A stretch of 62,623 bases of DNA, the filler included, from Platydemus manokwari (Eukaryota), in assembly GCA_037951405.1 (NCBI GenBank). It is 6 parts of 6 records of this genome, joined end to end, with 100 filler letters (N's around TTAATTAATTAA, not from the genome) between each part and the next. Parts side by side here need not be neighbours in the genome. Positions count along the whole stretch, not along the records: positions 1 to 8,959 come from JBBMOY011322540.1; positions 9,060 to 21,100 come from JBBMOY010333337.1; 4 more parts are not named here. One strand, written 5' to 3'. Positions 1 through 12,475 of this stretch are shown piece after piece. The first letter of the stretch is position 1. The number at the start of each line of letters is the position of its first letter. Below the pieces are notes generated by a model. That model did no database searches, was not told the DNA's origin, and saw only the letters and a list, made by a program, of their open reading frames with translations. The position numbers and the translations under genes were made by a program.

Positions 1-694
1 TTAAAATGCTCTTGAAAAAATAATCATCATCATTTTAAAATAGTCGCAAAACGAATCTAACGTTGTTATTGTCTCATAACAGAAATTGGTATCACTGCGC
101 ATTTTGCACTGCAATGTATTAAATCTTTTTCAATAATAATTTTCATCATTCAAAACGAAATGAAGTCAGTTATAAATAAAAATGTAGAGAAAAAGGAAAA
201 TCTTTTTAAATTTATTAACACTTCGATAATATTTTTGATAAAATAAATAATCAATTAATATTAAATAAAATTTTATAATATAAATTTTCCCGTTTTCTTG
301 ATCGTTATTTTTGATAAAATTCTTCTTAACACACACAATTATATATAAAATTAAAATAGATTCTATTTTATTCAGTTATATCATTATTATTTAGCCTTTC
401 ACACGGTTTCAACACAAAGAAACGAGATAAAAACTAAGCGACCCTCTTTTAATTCAGCCTATTTTCAGTCATTAATTCTTAGAAAATAAAATTCTCGACC
501 ATTTCATAGAAATTTCATATCAGACGATATTGTTAACATTTTAATGTTAAATGAAATTCACATTTTGTAATTGAATTGAATATTGTCTTCACATTGGCTT
601 GGTTATCATTTTTTGAAAAATTTGCTTGAGATGTTGAAAATAACATATAAAATAGTCTAGAAAAACTTATACAAGAATGTCAAAAAGAGATTTG

Positions 695-1255
695 TCATGC
701 TTTTACTGACATATTCCAAGCTAGATATGTTTGTTAAAAATAAAATAAAATTTTTAAATATTCTCTTGATATGTTTAAAATATATTGTTATAGATTGCAA
801 TCAAAACAATGACATAACAAATTAATGGCTATTATTTTATAAATATAAAATATTTAAAATAATTATATAGTATTTGGGATCTAAATATTAGCAGCGTGTT
901 CATTAATTGATATTATCAGACATATATGAAAAGTATAATTTCCAAATATTTCTATTTATTTTAATTATTCTTTAAACTTGTATATTGTTTCAGTCTTACC
1001 TGAATTCATATCAATGTATATGGATAAACTTATGGTGTAATACAATGTTGATTCCATATGTAATACATACAATCCAACTTCATAAGAAGCTGATCGATCA
1101 TTGGTTTTATTGTATTTTGTCTTTCCATATATCGGACAACCTGATTTAAGTGCCTTTCCTTGATCCGGGTCAAACCTCATAATTGGTCCATCCCTAATCT
1201 CGTTAAGGACGTTGCCTTGTGGGCATGCAGCTTTCAAACTCACCAACTGATCGAT
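695..1255 (-). CDS. Probable 3' exons of an unidentified spliced gene divergent from the dve-like gene (5' end unresolved)
   Basis: The GC-richer part of ORF 965..1303 (IDQLVSLKAACPQG...SIYIDMNS) ends at a strong donor, CAG|GTAAGA (exon end 1000). A phase-compatible acceptor CTAG| at 721-722 gives a final exon 720-695 (AWNMSVKA*). No family recognised. Confidence 0.35.
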
Positions 1256-1668
1256 CTCAAAATAAATTAAAATATTATTTGTCATACAATAAAATTTTAT
1301 CATTACTATTTATTTAAGGTTACAAAAATAGTTTAGTGTGATTTAGCTTTAAAGCACTTTAAATTGTATAAACATTGGATGACAATAACAAAATAATGGA
1401 TACCAGGTAGTTTCTGGCATATTTCCTTTTTAAAATCACAACGCATCTTCCATGAGAACAAAGGGGAAATCTTTTCCATTAATTTATATTAGTTTTATTT
1501 GTTTTGATTATATAATTGATAATAAAATTATTGCATAAATAATTGATTGAAATTTAAATTGAATTATTACTAAATTTAATAATTAAAAAAATCTAATATT
1601 AAAATACCCTTAAGAATAAATAAACTTTCAATTTAAAAACAATACGAAACTAAGTCAAAGAAACACCT

Positions 1669-4600
1669 ATGTTGACTGAAAGCAGATTGTATTTATTATT
1701 AGAATAATACTTATACTGTAACTATGACCTTAAGGCAAGATTTTTAATAAAACTAAAAATTATAAATGTTTTCCTTTAAAATAAATTATGATTAAAATTT
1801 AATGTAATCTTATTAGAAAATCTTGTCAAGAAATTACTTCAGTTGAGGTGTGGTCAATTATTGGGGACTTAGTGAAAAGATATACTGCAGAGGGAGCATA
1901 TCATCGCTTGAAGCAAATGAATTGTCCTCTTCTCAAAACTAATAGTGTAATAATTTATAGATGATATTTTGCTATCTATTTTGAATATTAATTTCAGACA
2001 ATTTTCTATGAATTCTTATTCCAAAGCGGTGCTATCAACTTAGATAGTTTGGATCAAGTATACCAATTATCGTTTCTCGACACGTTCTCATTCGATAACT
2101 GGTATCGTTCGTTTCCTATTAATCAATTTCTCAACGGGGTGAAATCGCTCACCACCAACTTATTTTCTCCACATTCACTCGATTCTTGTGTCAATTCGAC
2201 AGCATTCGAAAAATTGACAAGTAGTTTATCAGAAGTTCTCAGACAAAAGAATACCATAAATGTTGATATTTCGCAGTCTTCTATTGATAAATCTTGTGAT
2301 TCAATAATCCAAGAAGCCCTAATGAAAATGAAATCCGATTCGAATCATTTTACGACAACAGACAAAGTAAATTTTCACATTTTGTATTGAGGCATTATTT
2401 ATAATTTATTAAAATATTTTATGGTATAATCTATATGAAAAATAAATATAAAATATTATAAATTTTTTTACCAAAACTGTATTGATTTTTCAAATTTTAA
2501 ATTAACATCAATCGATAATAAAATTTGAAAAGGTTTCTTTGGATTTGAATTTGAATATAATTTGATTTTAGTATTGCTTATCGGAAATAACTAAAGTATA
2601 ATTTATACGGTGTCAGTTTCTTCATAACCTCTAAGGAAGTTTCTAGAGATAAATATGGCATTATAAACCTTTAAGGATCTTTCCTAAAATTGATGATCAA
2701 CCAGGGAATTTTTAATCCTCTTTAGTTGTTCATTCGTTTTTAAAGTTGAAATATAATACAATTTTGAACGTATGATATGTTTTATAAATGATATATTTTT
2801 ACTTTTAGTTCTCAAACCTACATTTTGTTATTGTTTCGATATTTTATTTCGATCAATAGGATAAAAATACTGAAATAAATCTCATGAGTGTGCTTATAAT
2901 TGTTTAAGGGACTCTGATTTCGGATGAAATTTGAATTTTATTTAAAAAGTACATTTGGATGGATTTTCCATTTTAAAAATATATAATTTTAAAACCATCT
3001 TTGTAATTGAATTGTTAACTGAGCTGTAAAATTTTGCATATTTTATAATATATTTTTGTAGATCCCGTGTTGTACTTATTAAATATTTGTAAATCGGAAG
3101 ACGTGTTTCTATAATACGAGTTTTGCATTATCATATTATTTATTGAAAAATCTGATAAAATCTCATTTGCAAATGTTATTTATATCTCAAATTATTATGC
3201 ACGGAACTGAGCATTTTATAATTACATTTAAAGTCAATTCAAATTTTCAAGGTGGGCTAAATTAGATTTGTCAATAATTGATATTATTTTTTAAATAGCT
3301 ATTAGTTTCTGTTCTAAAGTTTTCATTGTGATTTATCACAGTGTATTATTTAAGCTGTAGTCAAGAAAATTCCAAAATGGCTTCATAATTTGAAGAAATT
3401 GTCATGCATTTTAAGAATTTTCAAATTACACAGCATTTTCTTCTAATTGATTTTATTCGATATGTGGTGTGAATAAGATATTGTTTGTAGATAATTTCAT
3501 AGGAAAGCTACTTTATAAGAGTGTTATTTATTATAAATAATTTAGTTATGTTGTAATTATACAATCATTGGAATTTATACTTCACTAACGGTTTTTTGGA
3601 ATATTTGATTTTTATTTTTCTCTCGCAGAAAATTACTTTTCTACATAATATTTTTAATAATTTGAATTTGATACAAATTGTGTAAGAGTTATTCAGTCCA
3701 AATAATTGCCTTTTCATTTTAATAAAAAATATCGGCTTAAGTTAAGAAAAGGGATCCTATATTCAAAATTTTAATATGTTGAGTGAATAGGTAAAATTTA
3801 TAAAGTTCATGTAATTATATTCTTTAGAAACATTTTGAATTTTTTATTTAAGTACTTAAGCAAAATTTTAGTTGTTTAAAATCAAATATAAAATACACTA
3901 GAGCTTCAAAAATTTATTTTTTGAAAAACGGATAAAAGTAGGTCGAATTACAATTTATTGAAAATTAACGAGAACCAGTTTTTTAACATTAGAAGCAAAT
4001 GGAAAGATATTTTCAACTTTTACAATTATTTTATAAAAAAAGCAATGATATTATTAAACATGTTTGTAGTTAACTAACTCAATTTATAATTATAAAATTT
4101 AAATTAAAATGCTCAAATAATCATAGAGATCTGTTATGATTTATGTTTGATCCTTATTAGACATCCTAAAAAGTGAAACATTAACTGAGTTATACCAATA
4201 ATTCAAACATCATAATTGTAAATAAAATTTAGTTATAACATTATCTCGCGCGCGAAAATTCATTATTACGAAAATAGGTCAAAAGATCCCTTTTTTAAAC
4301 TTAAACTAAAATATTTAATTCGAAATAATTCTTAAAAATACACCCAAACTATTTCTCATAATTAAAACACATTTAGAAATTAATCTTGTTGTATGGACAG
4401 TTCACAATAATTAATTGATAAGATTTTCTAAAAAAATACATTCGGATTGAACAGAATTAATCATATCAAACGAAAAGAATAATAATGACAATTCAATGAT
4501 TAGTTTCGTTAAAAACTTTTCTTTGAATTTATGGTAAACATGCCAATCATCGGTGTTTCAGAAGTATTACATAAGAGCTGGGAAATATAAAAATAATCAA

Positions 4601-6476
4601 ATTTTGGGTTGACATTTAGTTTATTTAGAATTTATTGCTTACATGAATCGAAATCTTTATTTTCATTACCTTTCCAGTATTTATTCTTTTGAAATTTTTC
4701 CCATAACAGAAAATTTATTCAGCATTGGGACCATTCGATTATCTGCATAATAAAAACCTTTTTCTCTCTCATTTCTTTCCGGCTATAAATTATAGTAATA
4801 ACGTATGACGTTAAAATATATTTAATCGAATTCTAAAAACAATTAAAATCAATTCGTTCTATTAGAAAATAAAATTTCGTTTTCTTTTATTATTCCCCTT
4901 CCATAATATGAAATATAATTTTTTAAGTGGAAAAGATTAAAAATACACAGAAATTTGGTAATGCACAAATCGCGTGTTAATATTGATTGAGATTCATTGA
5001 CATTATTAATCCATATCTGGAATTTTTAGAATTTCATTTGGACTTTTAATTGATTTATAACTTCTGCTTATCAGTTCTTTCATAAGCTAAATGGAAATTA
5101 TAAATGAAATCATGCTTTATAATTCTTTTTAAAATTAAGGTTTACTGAAATGTATTTTACAGGATAAATGATAGAATTGTTTTTCTCACGCATTCTGATA
5201 ATTAGATTATTTTTCGAGATTCATCTCGGTTATTTTTATAAATTAGAAATTATTTGTCTTCCATAACATGCCTTTCCTTTCGTTTAGTCGTGCTGCATTG
5301 AACCCCAAATTAATGGATTTGTAGAGGAACCTTTCAGTGATCAGAAAACATCTTCAGAGGCCAGCTCTTCTTTTCCACTTGGTCAATTTAAAACAGTAGA
5401 CTGTGGACAGCTGCAACTTCATGATAATTTAAAATCAGAAAAAAGAAAAGTACGCAATCGAGTAACCTTTGTTGTTGAAGATCTGAAGCAACTGGAAGAG
5501 TGGTTTAAAGAGAATCCCAGACCATCAAGAGAAAAATTTCTACAGTATGCAGTTGAACTCAACCGAAGACATCAAAATAATCACAACAAGGCAAAAAGAA
5601 CGCTTCATGCTCGAAATATAGTTTATTGGTAAGGGAAAATTGATTTAATGATATAATCAATGCTATTATCATCTTAGGTTTAAAAATGCTAGAGCAGCTT
5701 ATAAACGGATGACTGCAATTAGTCCATATACATCTGGAGATCAGAAAACATCGAGATCACAACAAAATAAATCGTCTGATCAAACCGTAAATGGTGAGAA
5801 TAGCACTTATAATAGCAGTGTTCCAATAAAGTAACAATTACTTTCAGATCATTCGGAAAAATTTGATGATCACCATTTTAATTTCAAACAAGAGAATATC
5901 GATAACCCTACTAATGATTCTTTGTATACCTCGATAAAATCAGTTGATTCAGAAGCATCTATGGAAAACGTATTTTTGCAACAGGAATCAGGAAGTCTTA
6001 CAGACATCAAAGAATCTACCAGTGTCAGTTCCGATTTTGAACAACCGGAAGATATTCCCAATGCTCTTACTGATTCTGAAATAACCTCATGTAATCCAGA
6101 TCTTTCCAAACCATCGAAGAGTGCATTGTCGTCGACCACAGGCGATAACTCGAAAAAGAATTCCAACGATGACAGCAATTATAAAACAAAGGAATCGAAA
6201 ATTAGCAAATCATCTTTGACATTTAGAGGTGGTAAGCGTCGTGCTCGAATCTTTCTAGATCCGACAACTGAAGTGAATCGATTGGAACAATGGTTTCAAA
6301 TTGAGAAATATCCAGATATAATTCAAATCGAAAATTATACCAACATTCTCAATATGAGCCCATACCGACAAAATCATTTCAGGAAATTAGTTCCGGAAAA
6401 TGTAACGCTTTGGTTCAAAAATAGAAGAGCGCGCTTGAAACGTTGCAGTAACGTCACTGCTCAACCAAACAGTTGA
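1669..6476 (+). CDS. dve: dve/Compass (SATB-family) homeobox protein: CUT-like domain plus two atypical homeodomains, ~534 aa
   Basis: Exons 1669-1688, 1817-1946, 1998-2366, 5288-5628, 5678-5793, 5848-6476 splice in frame with GT-AG (1605 nt). HD1 is RNRVTF..LEEWFKENPRPS..NIVYW|FKNARAA. HD2 is RRARIFLDPTTEVNRLEQWF..LNMSPYRQ..ENVTLWFKNRRARLKR. Both match Dve-type homeodomains. The N-terminal W..CPL..FDNWYRSF resembles SATB CUTL (CPL..FGRWYKHF). The first exon is the least certain. Confidence 0.88.
3734..4307. mobile_element. MITE (~574 bp) in dve intron 3, Merlin/Mutator-like
   Basis: Imperfect terminal inverted repeats (TIRs) GGCTTAAGTTAAGAAAAGGGATC (3734-) and GATCCCTTTTTTAAACTTAAACT (-4307). 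Flanks AAAATATC (3726-3733) and AAAATATT (4308-4315) form a 7/8 match 8-bp target-site duplication (TSD). Confidence 0.6.
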
Positions 6477-6576
6477 AAAATCTTTGTCCTAGATGTAGAT
6501 AGTTTGTAAATATACATACTTTCTTAAATTTAAAGATAATTTAGTATGAAAATTGCTTTTTTCCTTTAATTTATCC

Positions 6577-6633
<57 letters not shown>
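6577..6633. repeat. (AAT)19 microsatellite
   Basis: Perfect AAT run about 100 nt downstream of the dve stop codon. Confidence 0.97.
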
Positions 6634-6634
<1 letters not shown>

Positions 6635-7712
6635 TGAAAATAAGATCAATAATTACTAATTCTTGTTTAAATCTGAATTATCAGAATTAATGTATTGAAT
6701 GTGTTTTGATCTTTACCCAATAATTACCATAAATGTTCAGTTCGCAAGATTTTATAATATTCACTGAAATTTTATGTTTAAATTCATATTAATAATTTTT
6801 TTGTACGTTCGAAACGAAAAAATCAATAGTTCATATAATTAGATAAATTTTCAACTGGCAAATCGAACTGTTTTATTTTATCATTTAAAATTAACTGGAT
6901 TTGAAAAGTTCGATGTAGATTAATGTAGTTTGATTTTTTTTGTGGTTGAAGAATCAGTAAAACATCGACACTGTCAATGAGGCAATTGAGAGCAATAGTA
7001 AAATTTTGTTATATATTAGTCAATTGTTGAGGTTGGAGATGAAATTTTTAATTATAAAAATGTACGGAATTTGTCAATTTATTTTAAGTAGTAATTAGTA
7101 AATCAAGAATAATGGTTATGATTAAACAAGGTTTAAATGATGTTTGTTAAGATTTATTGTTTAATTCTGATTAGTCAATTTATATTATTTTGGGTCAATT
7201 TGGATTACAGATTTTCATTGTATTTTTCTAGTTATAGATTTAATTTTAAAATATTTAGTTGATTTTATTTCTGATTCAAAGAAATGTTTTCAAAAGATCT
7301 TGAAATTAATTATTGGAAATATTAATAATTATATTAGATGAATGAGTATAAGATAATCAATGTAATAATGATAATCTTAAGGAACATCATTATTTTAAAT
7401 AACTCGGATCATTGATAATTTATGCACAGTAACGATCTCTTATCTTCGAACAAATCTGCTCTCGATATATTATTAATGGTCACTCAAGACGACTAAGGGA
7501 ACCTTACATTGAACTATGATCGAAAAAGTTTAACTCTTACTTTATTATTATGTTTGAGAAAACGATAGATTGTATAAACCGATGATAAACACCGCAATTA
7601 AACATTAAATATCAATTTTTTTATATTTTATATCCCGTGATTATTAATAATGAGCTTAACAAAAAATTTCACCAGTAAATTGCTGGATGAAATTTTTCTG
7701 AAAGGTGTTGAG

Positions 7713-7817
7713 CAGGGGTGACCAACTGGTCGATCTTGAAGCCAATTTTAGTCTATCGCGTGAGATATTATTCAAATGAAAAGTCGATCTTACGTACACA
7801 AAAGTTGGCCACCTCTG
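7713..7817. mobile_element. 105-bp hAT (Charlie/Buster-type) MITE
   Basis: TIRs CAGGGGTGACCAACT and AGTTGGCCACCTCTG (13/15 match). 8-bp TSD GTGTTGAG (7705-7712) / GTGTAGAG (7818-7825); the right copy fits the nnnTAnnn Buster target. Confidence 0.85.
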
Positions 7818-8959
7818 GTGTAGAGAATGAATAATAATATGGGTGCAAACAAAGTAATAATGTAGTTATTTTTTGTGATTTATTATTTATAATTATTCTT
7901 CCGAAACCGATGCTCTGGTCAAAACTTTTGCGTATTCCAATCATTCAGGCATTTTCAAAAGCTTGTAATATCTAACAACCAAACACGGTGATTGTATATC
8001 AAACTGTTAGTCTAATCAATCATTAACAGGGAGATGAGAATATTTATTTAATTGTGATACCTTGTTAACAAAGGGATCATCGTGGAGAAAATAAATCGAA
8101 AAACAATATCTATTAACAGCTTTGAAGTAGTTATTAAGATAACCAGTGTGTTGCTGGTCCGGAAATTAGATTGAAGAAAGATGATTGTGTTACAATACTT
8201 GAATATAAATATTTAGGCGAAATCCACAAAGAGACACAATTTAATTAGCACATAGAAAGAGCACTTAAATGGAGCTTAATTTGAGTCACGAATTGTACAC
8301 ACAATTGGAGAATATAAATTAACAAACGCTAGTTTAGACACACACGGCAATTCACAATATGGGAGTTCATTTTAACGGCACGAAATCAATTTTAAAAGAA
8401 ATTTAAACAAAACATTCTGTACTCATTTTTTGCACATCAAAATAAAGAACATTGAAATAAATACACATTAAATACATTTTTCATTATTCGGAGTAAAATT
8501 TTCATCGATTTTTAACGAATATGTGTTCTGTCTTACTTAATAAGCCATTACAACTTCATTAATAAAATCTGCACTATCTAAACCCTTATACCAGCAAGGG
8601 TACCTATTAAATATTGATTGATTCGATTTTGTCTTGATGGGAAATACATATCATATTAGCATATAAAATGAACTAATGCCAAGATTTATTAAGACATAAA
8701 TCAACAAAATTTAAAATGAGACCATCTATGAATTAAAGCCTTACAAAGTCATTTATAACAAACAAATAATCACTGATTGGCAGATGAAAACACTATCAAA
8801 AAAATGAACTATATTGTGAATAATATTACAAATAATACTATGAATTTCATAATATTATAAATTTTATTTAAAAGTTAGTGTTTAATATTGGGTCTATAAC
8901 TTAATAACCGGAATTTGACACCAGATGTAAACACTTGTGTGTGTGCTGTAGCAAATCAT

Positions 8960-9059
8960 NNNNNNNNNNNNNNNNNNNNNNNNNNNNNNNNNNNNNNNNN
9001 NNNTTAATTAATTAANNNNNNNNNNNNNNNNNNNNNNNNNNNNNNNNNNNNNNNNNNNN
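8960..9059. other. Artificial contig linker
   Basis: N44-TTAATTAATTAA-N44, giving stops in all six frames. Confidence 0.98.
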
Positions 9060-9640
9060 AATGAACAATATGTTCTCAAATCTTTATTCTACATGGCCTT
9101 CATTTTTTCTAAAGACATGTCTAGTCTTACTAAAATCAATGAAGTCAAGAATATAATATTTCTATAATTTGATATGGTCTATCATCATCAGAATTTTGTA
9201 GAGATATTTTTATTATTTCGGTAAAAAATAAATGGAAATCTTAATTACTGCTATTATAAAAATAATACAAAATTACGAACTTTTTAATTGATTCATTATT
9301 AATATTAAAATTATTAGATGGCATTACTACATTTTTTATTAAAATGATCATGATTCATTAAATTCATTTTTCACAAATCCAATCACCATTTTATTATGAG
9401 TTTTGAATTATAAATTATTCACTATAATAAATTAATGAATGGTGATTAATTTCAAAACAAAGCTGAAAAAATATCCGAAGCTCGAAACTGAATTAAATCT
9501 TTTTTTGATTATTTAATAAATTAGGGTCAAAATGTGAATTTGTTTAAATATTAATTAATGCTAATCTGAATTCTTGTTAAAAAAGCATATTCCTGAAATT
9601 CCTTATATCTAAAAAATATTATTAACTCTTGAATTTCCAT

Positions 9641-12475
9641 ATGATACCTCCATCATTTTCTGATTTGGGTAGGGCAGCAAAAGATCTTTTTGATAAAAAG
9701 TTCGCAGTTGGTCGTCTAAATTTTGAATGTTTTTCAAATAATGGTTCAAAAACTGTATCAATCGATGCGACATACAATAACAAGTCGAAGGCATTGACAG
9801 GAGATTTAGAAACAAAACATTTTATTTCTCCCGGTGAAATTTATTCTCAAAGATATTATGAATTATTGTCAACCAAATAGGAATCAGTATTATGCATAGA
9901 TGGTCCACGAAAAATGTCTTAACTACAGAAATTTCTAAAAATTATCAAAACACAAAAGGATTACGAAATGTCGCAATATTTAATTTTCAATCAGATACGG
10001 GGTATTTAATGATTTTGTGGCCGAAAATAATAAGTAATTTTGAATTATCAGAAAAAAGTCTTTCAGATCAAAGAATTCTTACAAACGAAACAATTTAAAT
10101 TTCAACGGCGACATTATTTTTGATTCATATAAGCCAGATATTAATTTAAATATGGTATTAGGGTATGCTTTGTTTTTTATGATATCATGGAAATAAAACA
10201 CTTATCTAGCAAGAAATAATTGATATGGGAATTATAATTTTAACTTTAATATTAAATCGATGAAAAAAATCAATTTTCATATCTATTAATTATTGTATTA
10301 AATTTCATTTGTATATTTAATCCTTTTCTTGCCTATACCGATATTTGTTTCATTTATTAATTTCATGCTGTTAAATTGGGATTCTCGAAAGTATTGTGGG
10401 TTGGATAGACATAAAACGTTGGTCAATTATAAAATCAACAATCGACTTGTCCATGGATAGTAATTTAGCAGGTCATTTGCTAAAGGAAAATTAATTGAAA
10501 ATATTTTGATGTCTTGCAAAACCAAATAAAATGTTGACAATGGTTGTAGTGGAGTATAATTGAAGAATTTTAATATTGATTTTTAATTGATAAATACTAT
10601 TACGAAAAAGATCAAATTAAAAAAAATTACTTGAATGCCAACCATCATTTAATCATCCAATTATTTACTTTGTGTAAATTAATAACGATACTAATAAATT
10701 TGTGCTCTTAATGTCATGACAACAATGACCTACTTTTACAATGGTTGAATTTCTCGACAAAGTAGAACAAATATTTAGTGAATACGAATTTGTGATTGAT
10801 GTGTAACATTTCCACTTGATTTTAAAATCAATAATTTTTTATTCATATTCTCATCATTATTAATGACGTGTTGATCATTTTTATTTATAAAATCAACAGT
10901 TAATTTGTCCATCCATTGTAATTTTCCAAGCCATTTTCTAAAGCAAAAATAATAGAAAATATCTAAATGTGTTGCAAAACACAATAAAATGTTGCCAATA
11001 ATTGGTAGTGCAATACAATAGAAGATTATTGATTTTTAGTTGATAAATACAATTACGAAAAGATCAAATTAGAAAAAATAATAAATACTTGAATGCCAAC
11101 CATCATTAAGATTATTGATTTTTATTTCTAATTTCATAATTCAATCTACCAATTATTTATTTTTGTGTAAATTAATAACGATAATAATGAATTTGTGCTC
11201 TTAATGTCATGGCAACAATGACCTACTTTCACAATGGTTTAATTTCTCGACAAAGTAGAACAAATATTTAGTGATTACGAATTTGTGATTGGTGTGTAAT
11301 ATTTCGATTTAAATCTAAAATTAATAATTTTTTATTCATATTCTCATCTTTATGTTTAACGTGTTGATCATTATTACTTTTTTAAAATGGAAAACGTAAT
11401 AATCACCATTGGAAATATATCTGGATTTAATATCATCTAAGCAATTATAAGAATTTTTTAAACAAATCTGACTAAATTTGATTGGCTTAATCGATGGTAA
11501 AAAGATTTTGTGTGATTTACAAGAAACAGAAAAATATTGACATTTTAAATTGGAATAATTATGGCTTGTGACAAAACTGTTTATAATCAAATGTGATTCT
11601 AAGATTATTATTTGGTTGTTTGTGATGTTAAGCTATTTTTTATTAACCCGACTTACTGTTTTTCTGGCTCGAATGAGGTGATATTAACCGTGTTCGATAG
11701 TTTATCCATCATATTATCTAGTGAATCGATAATAAACCAGTGACATCCGTATTTAGAATAACGAAATTAATAAAAATCAAACTAAGGACTGAGTATAGAG
11801 TTTTGATAGGGTTGAGTAAGACAAACTATTGGAAGAATTGTAACTAATTTATGAGCTATAAGTAGCGGTTCATATCATCAAAAGAGTTTCACATCATCAT
11901 TTGCTTATGAAATATTTTATTATAATTATTTTTTATTGAAGTAGACTGTTTAAAAAGTTTACAACGACCAATTATTTCTAGATCTGTTTATTTGAAATCT
12001 TATCTTGTTGGAGTTGATTGCAATATCGATGTTAACAATCGAACAATTCGTAATCATTCATTTGCTATCAGATATAAAAGTAAAAACATTGATTCTGTGA
12101 CAACCTTGAAAGATTTCTCATTGGTTAATATATACATTTATCAGAAGATTAACAACCGAACTGAAATCGGTGTTCATGTCGCATATGATAACAATTTCAA
12201 ACGGAATAAATTTGGTGTTGCTGGCAAATATAAGATTTCTCAATCGAATCATTCTTTTATCAAAGCCAAAATCAATCAAGATAAATTGATTAATTTAGCT
12301 TATGGTTGTAATATCAATGATAGTGAGTTTCTATCGTTGTGAAATGTGCGTATGTTGTATTAATGGCATTGTATCATGTTAAGGATTACAATTGACTTTA
12401 TCTACTGAAATCGATGGCCTCAATATCAATCGAGGATTACACAAATTTGGTGTTGGAATTTCTTACGAATTATAA
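9641..12475 (+). CDS. VDAC: Voltage-dependent anion channel (mitochondrial porin), ~285 aa, divergent
   Basis: Exons 9641-9833, 9881-10001, 10052-10162, 11982-12322, 12384-12475 total 858 nt in frame. N-terminal helix MIPPSFSDLGRAAKDLFDK; WST.N.LTTEI; DTGKKS..K.SYKR; KAKIN...LINLAY; C-terminus LTLSTEIDGLNINRGLHKFGVGISYEL*. Confidence 0.93.
10425..11372. repeat. Diverged tandem duplication of a ~460-bp unit in VDAC intron 3
   Basis: Copies at ~10425-10880 and ~10885-11372 share long blocks, e.g. TACTTGAATGCCAACCATCATT, TTTGTGCTCTTAATGTCATG(A/G)CAACAATGACCTACTTT and TTTCTCGACAAAGTAGAACAAATATTTAGTGA. Confidence 0.9.

Noticed and set aside
5870-6178. Minus-strand 102-aa ORF (and similar ORFs at 14100-15682 and 28284-28544)
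   Set aside because: These are antisense shadows of real plus-strand exons.
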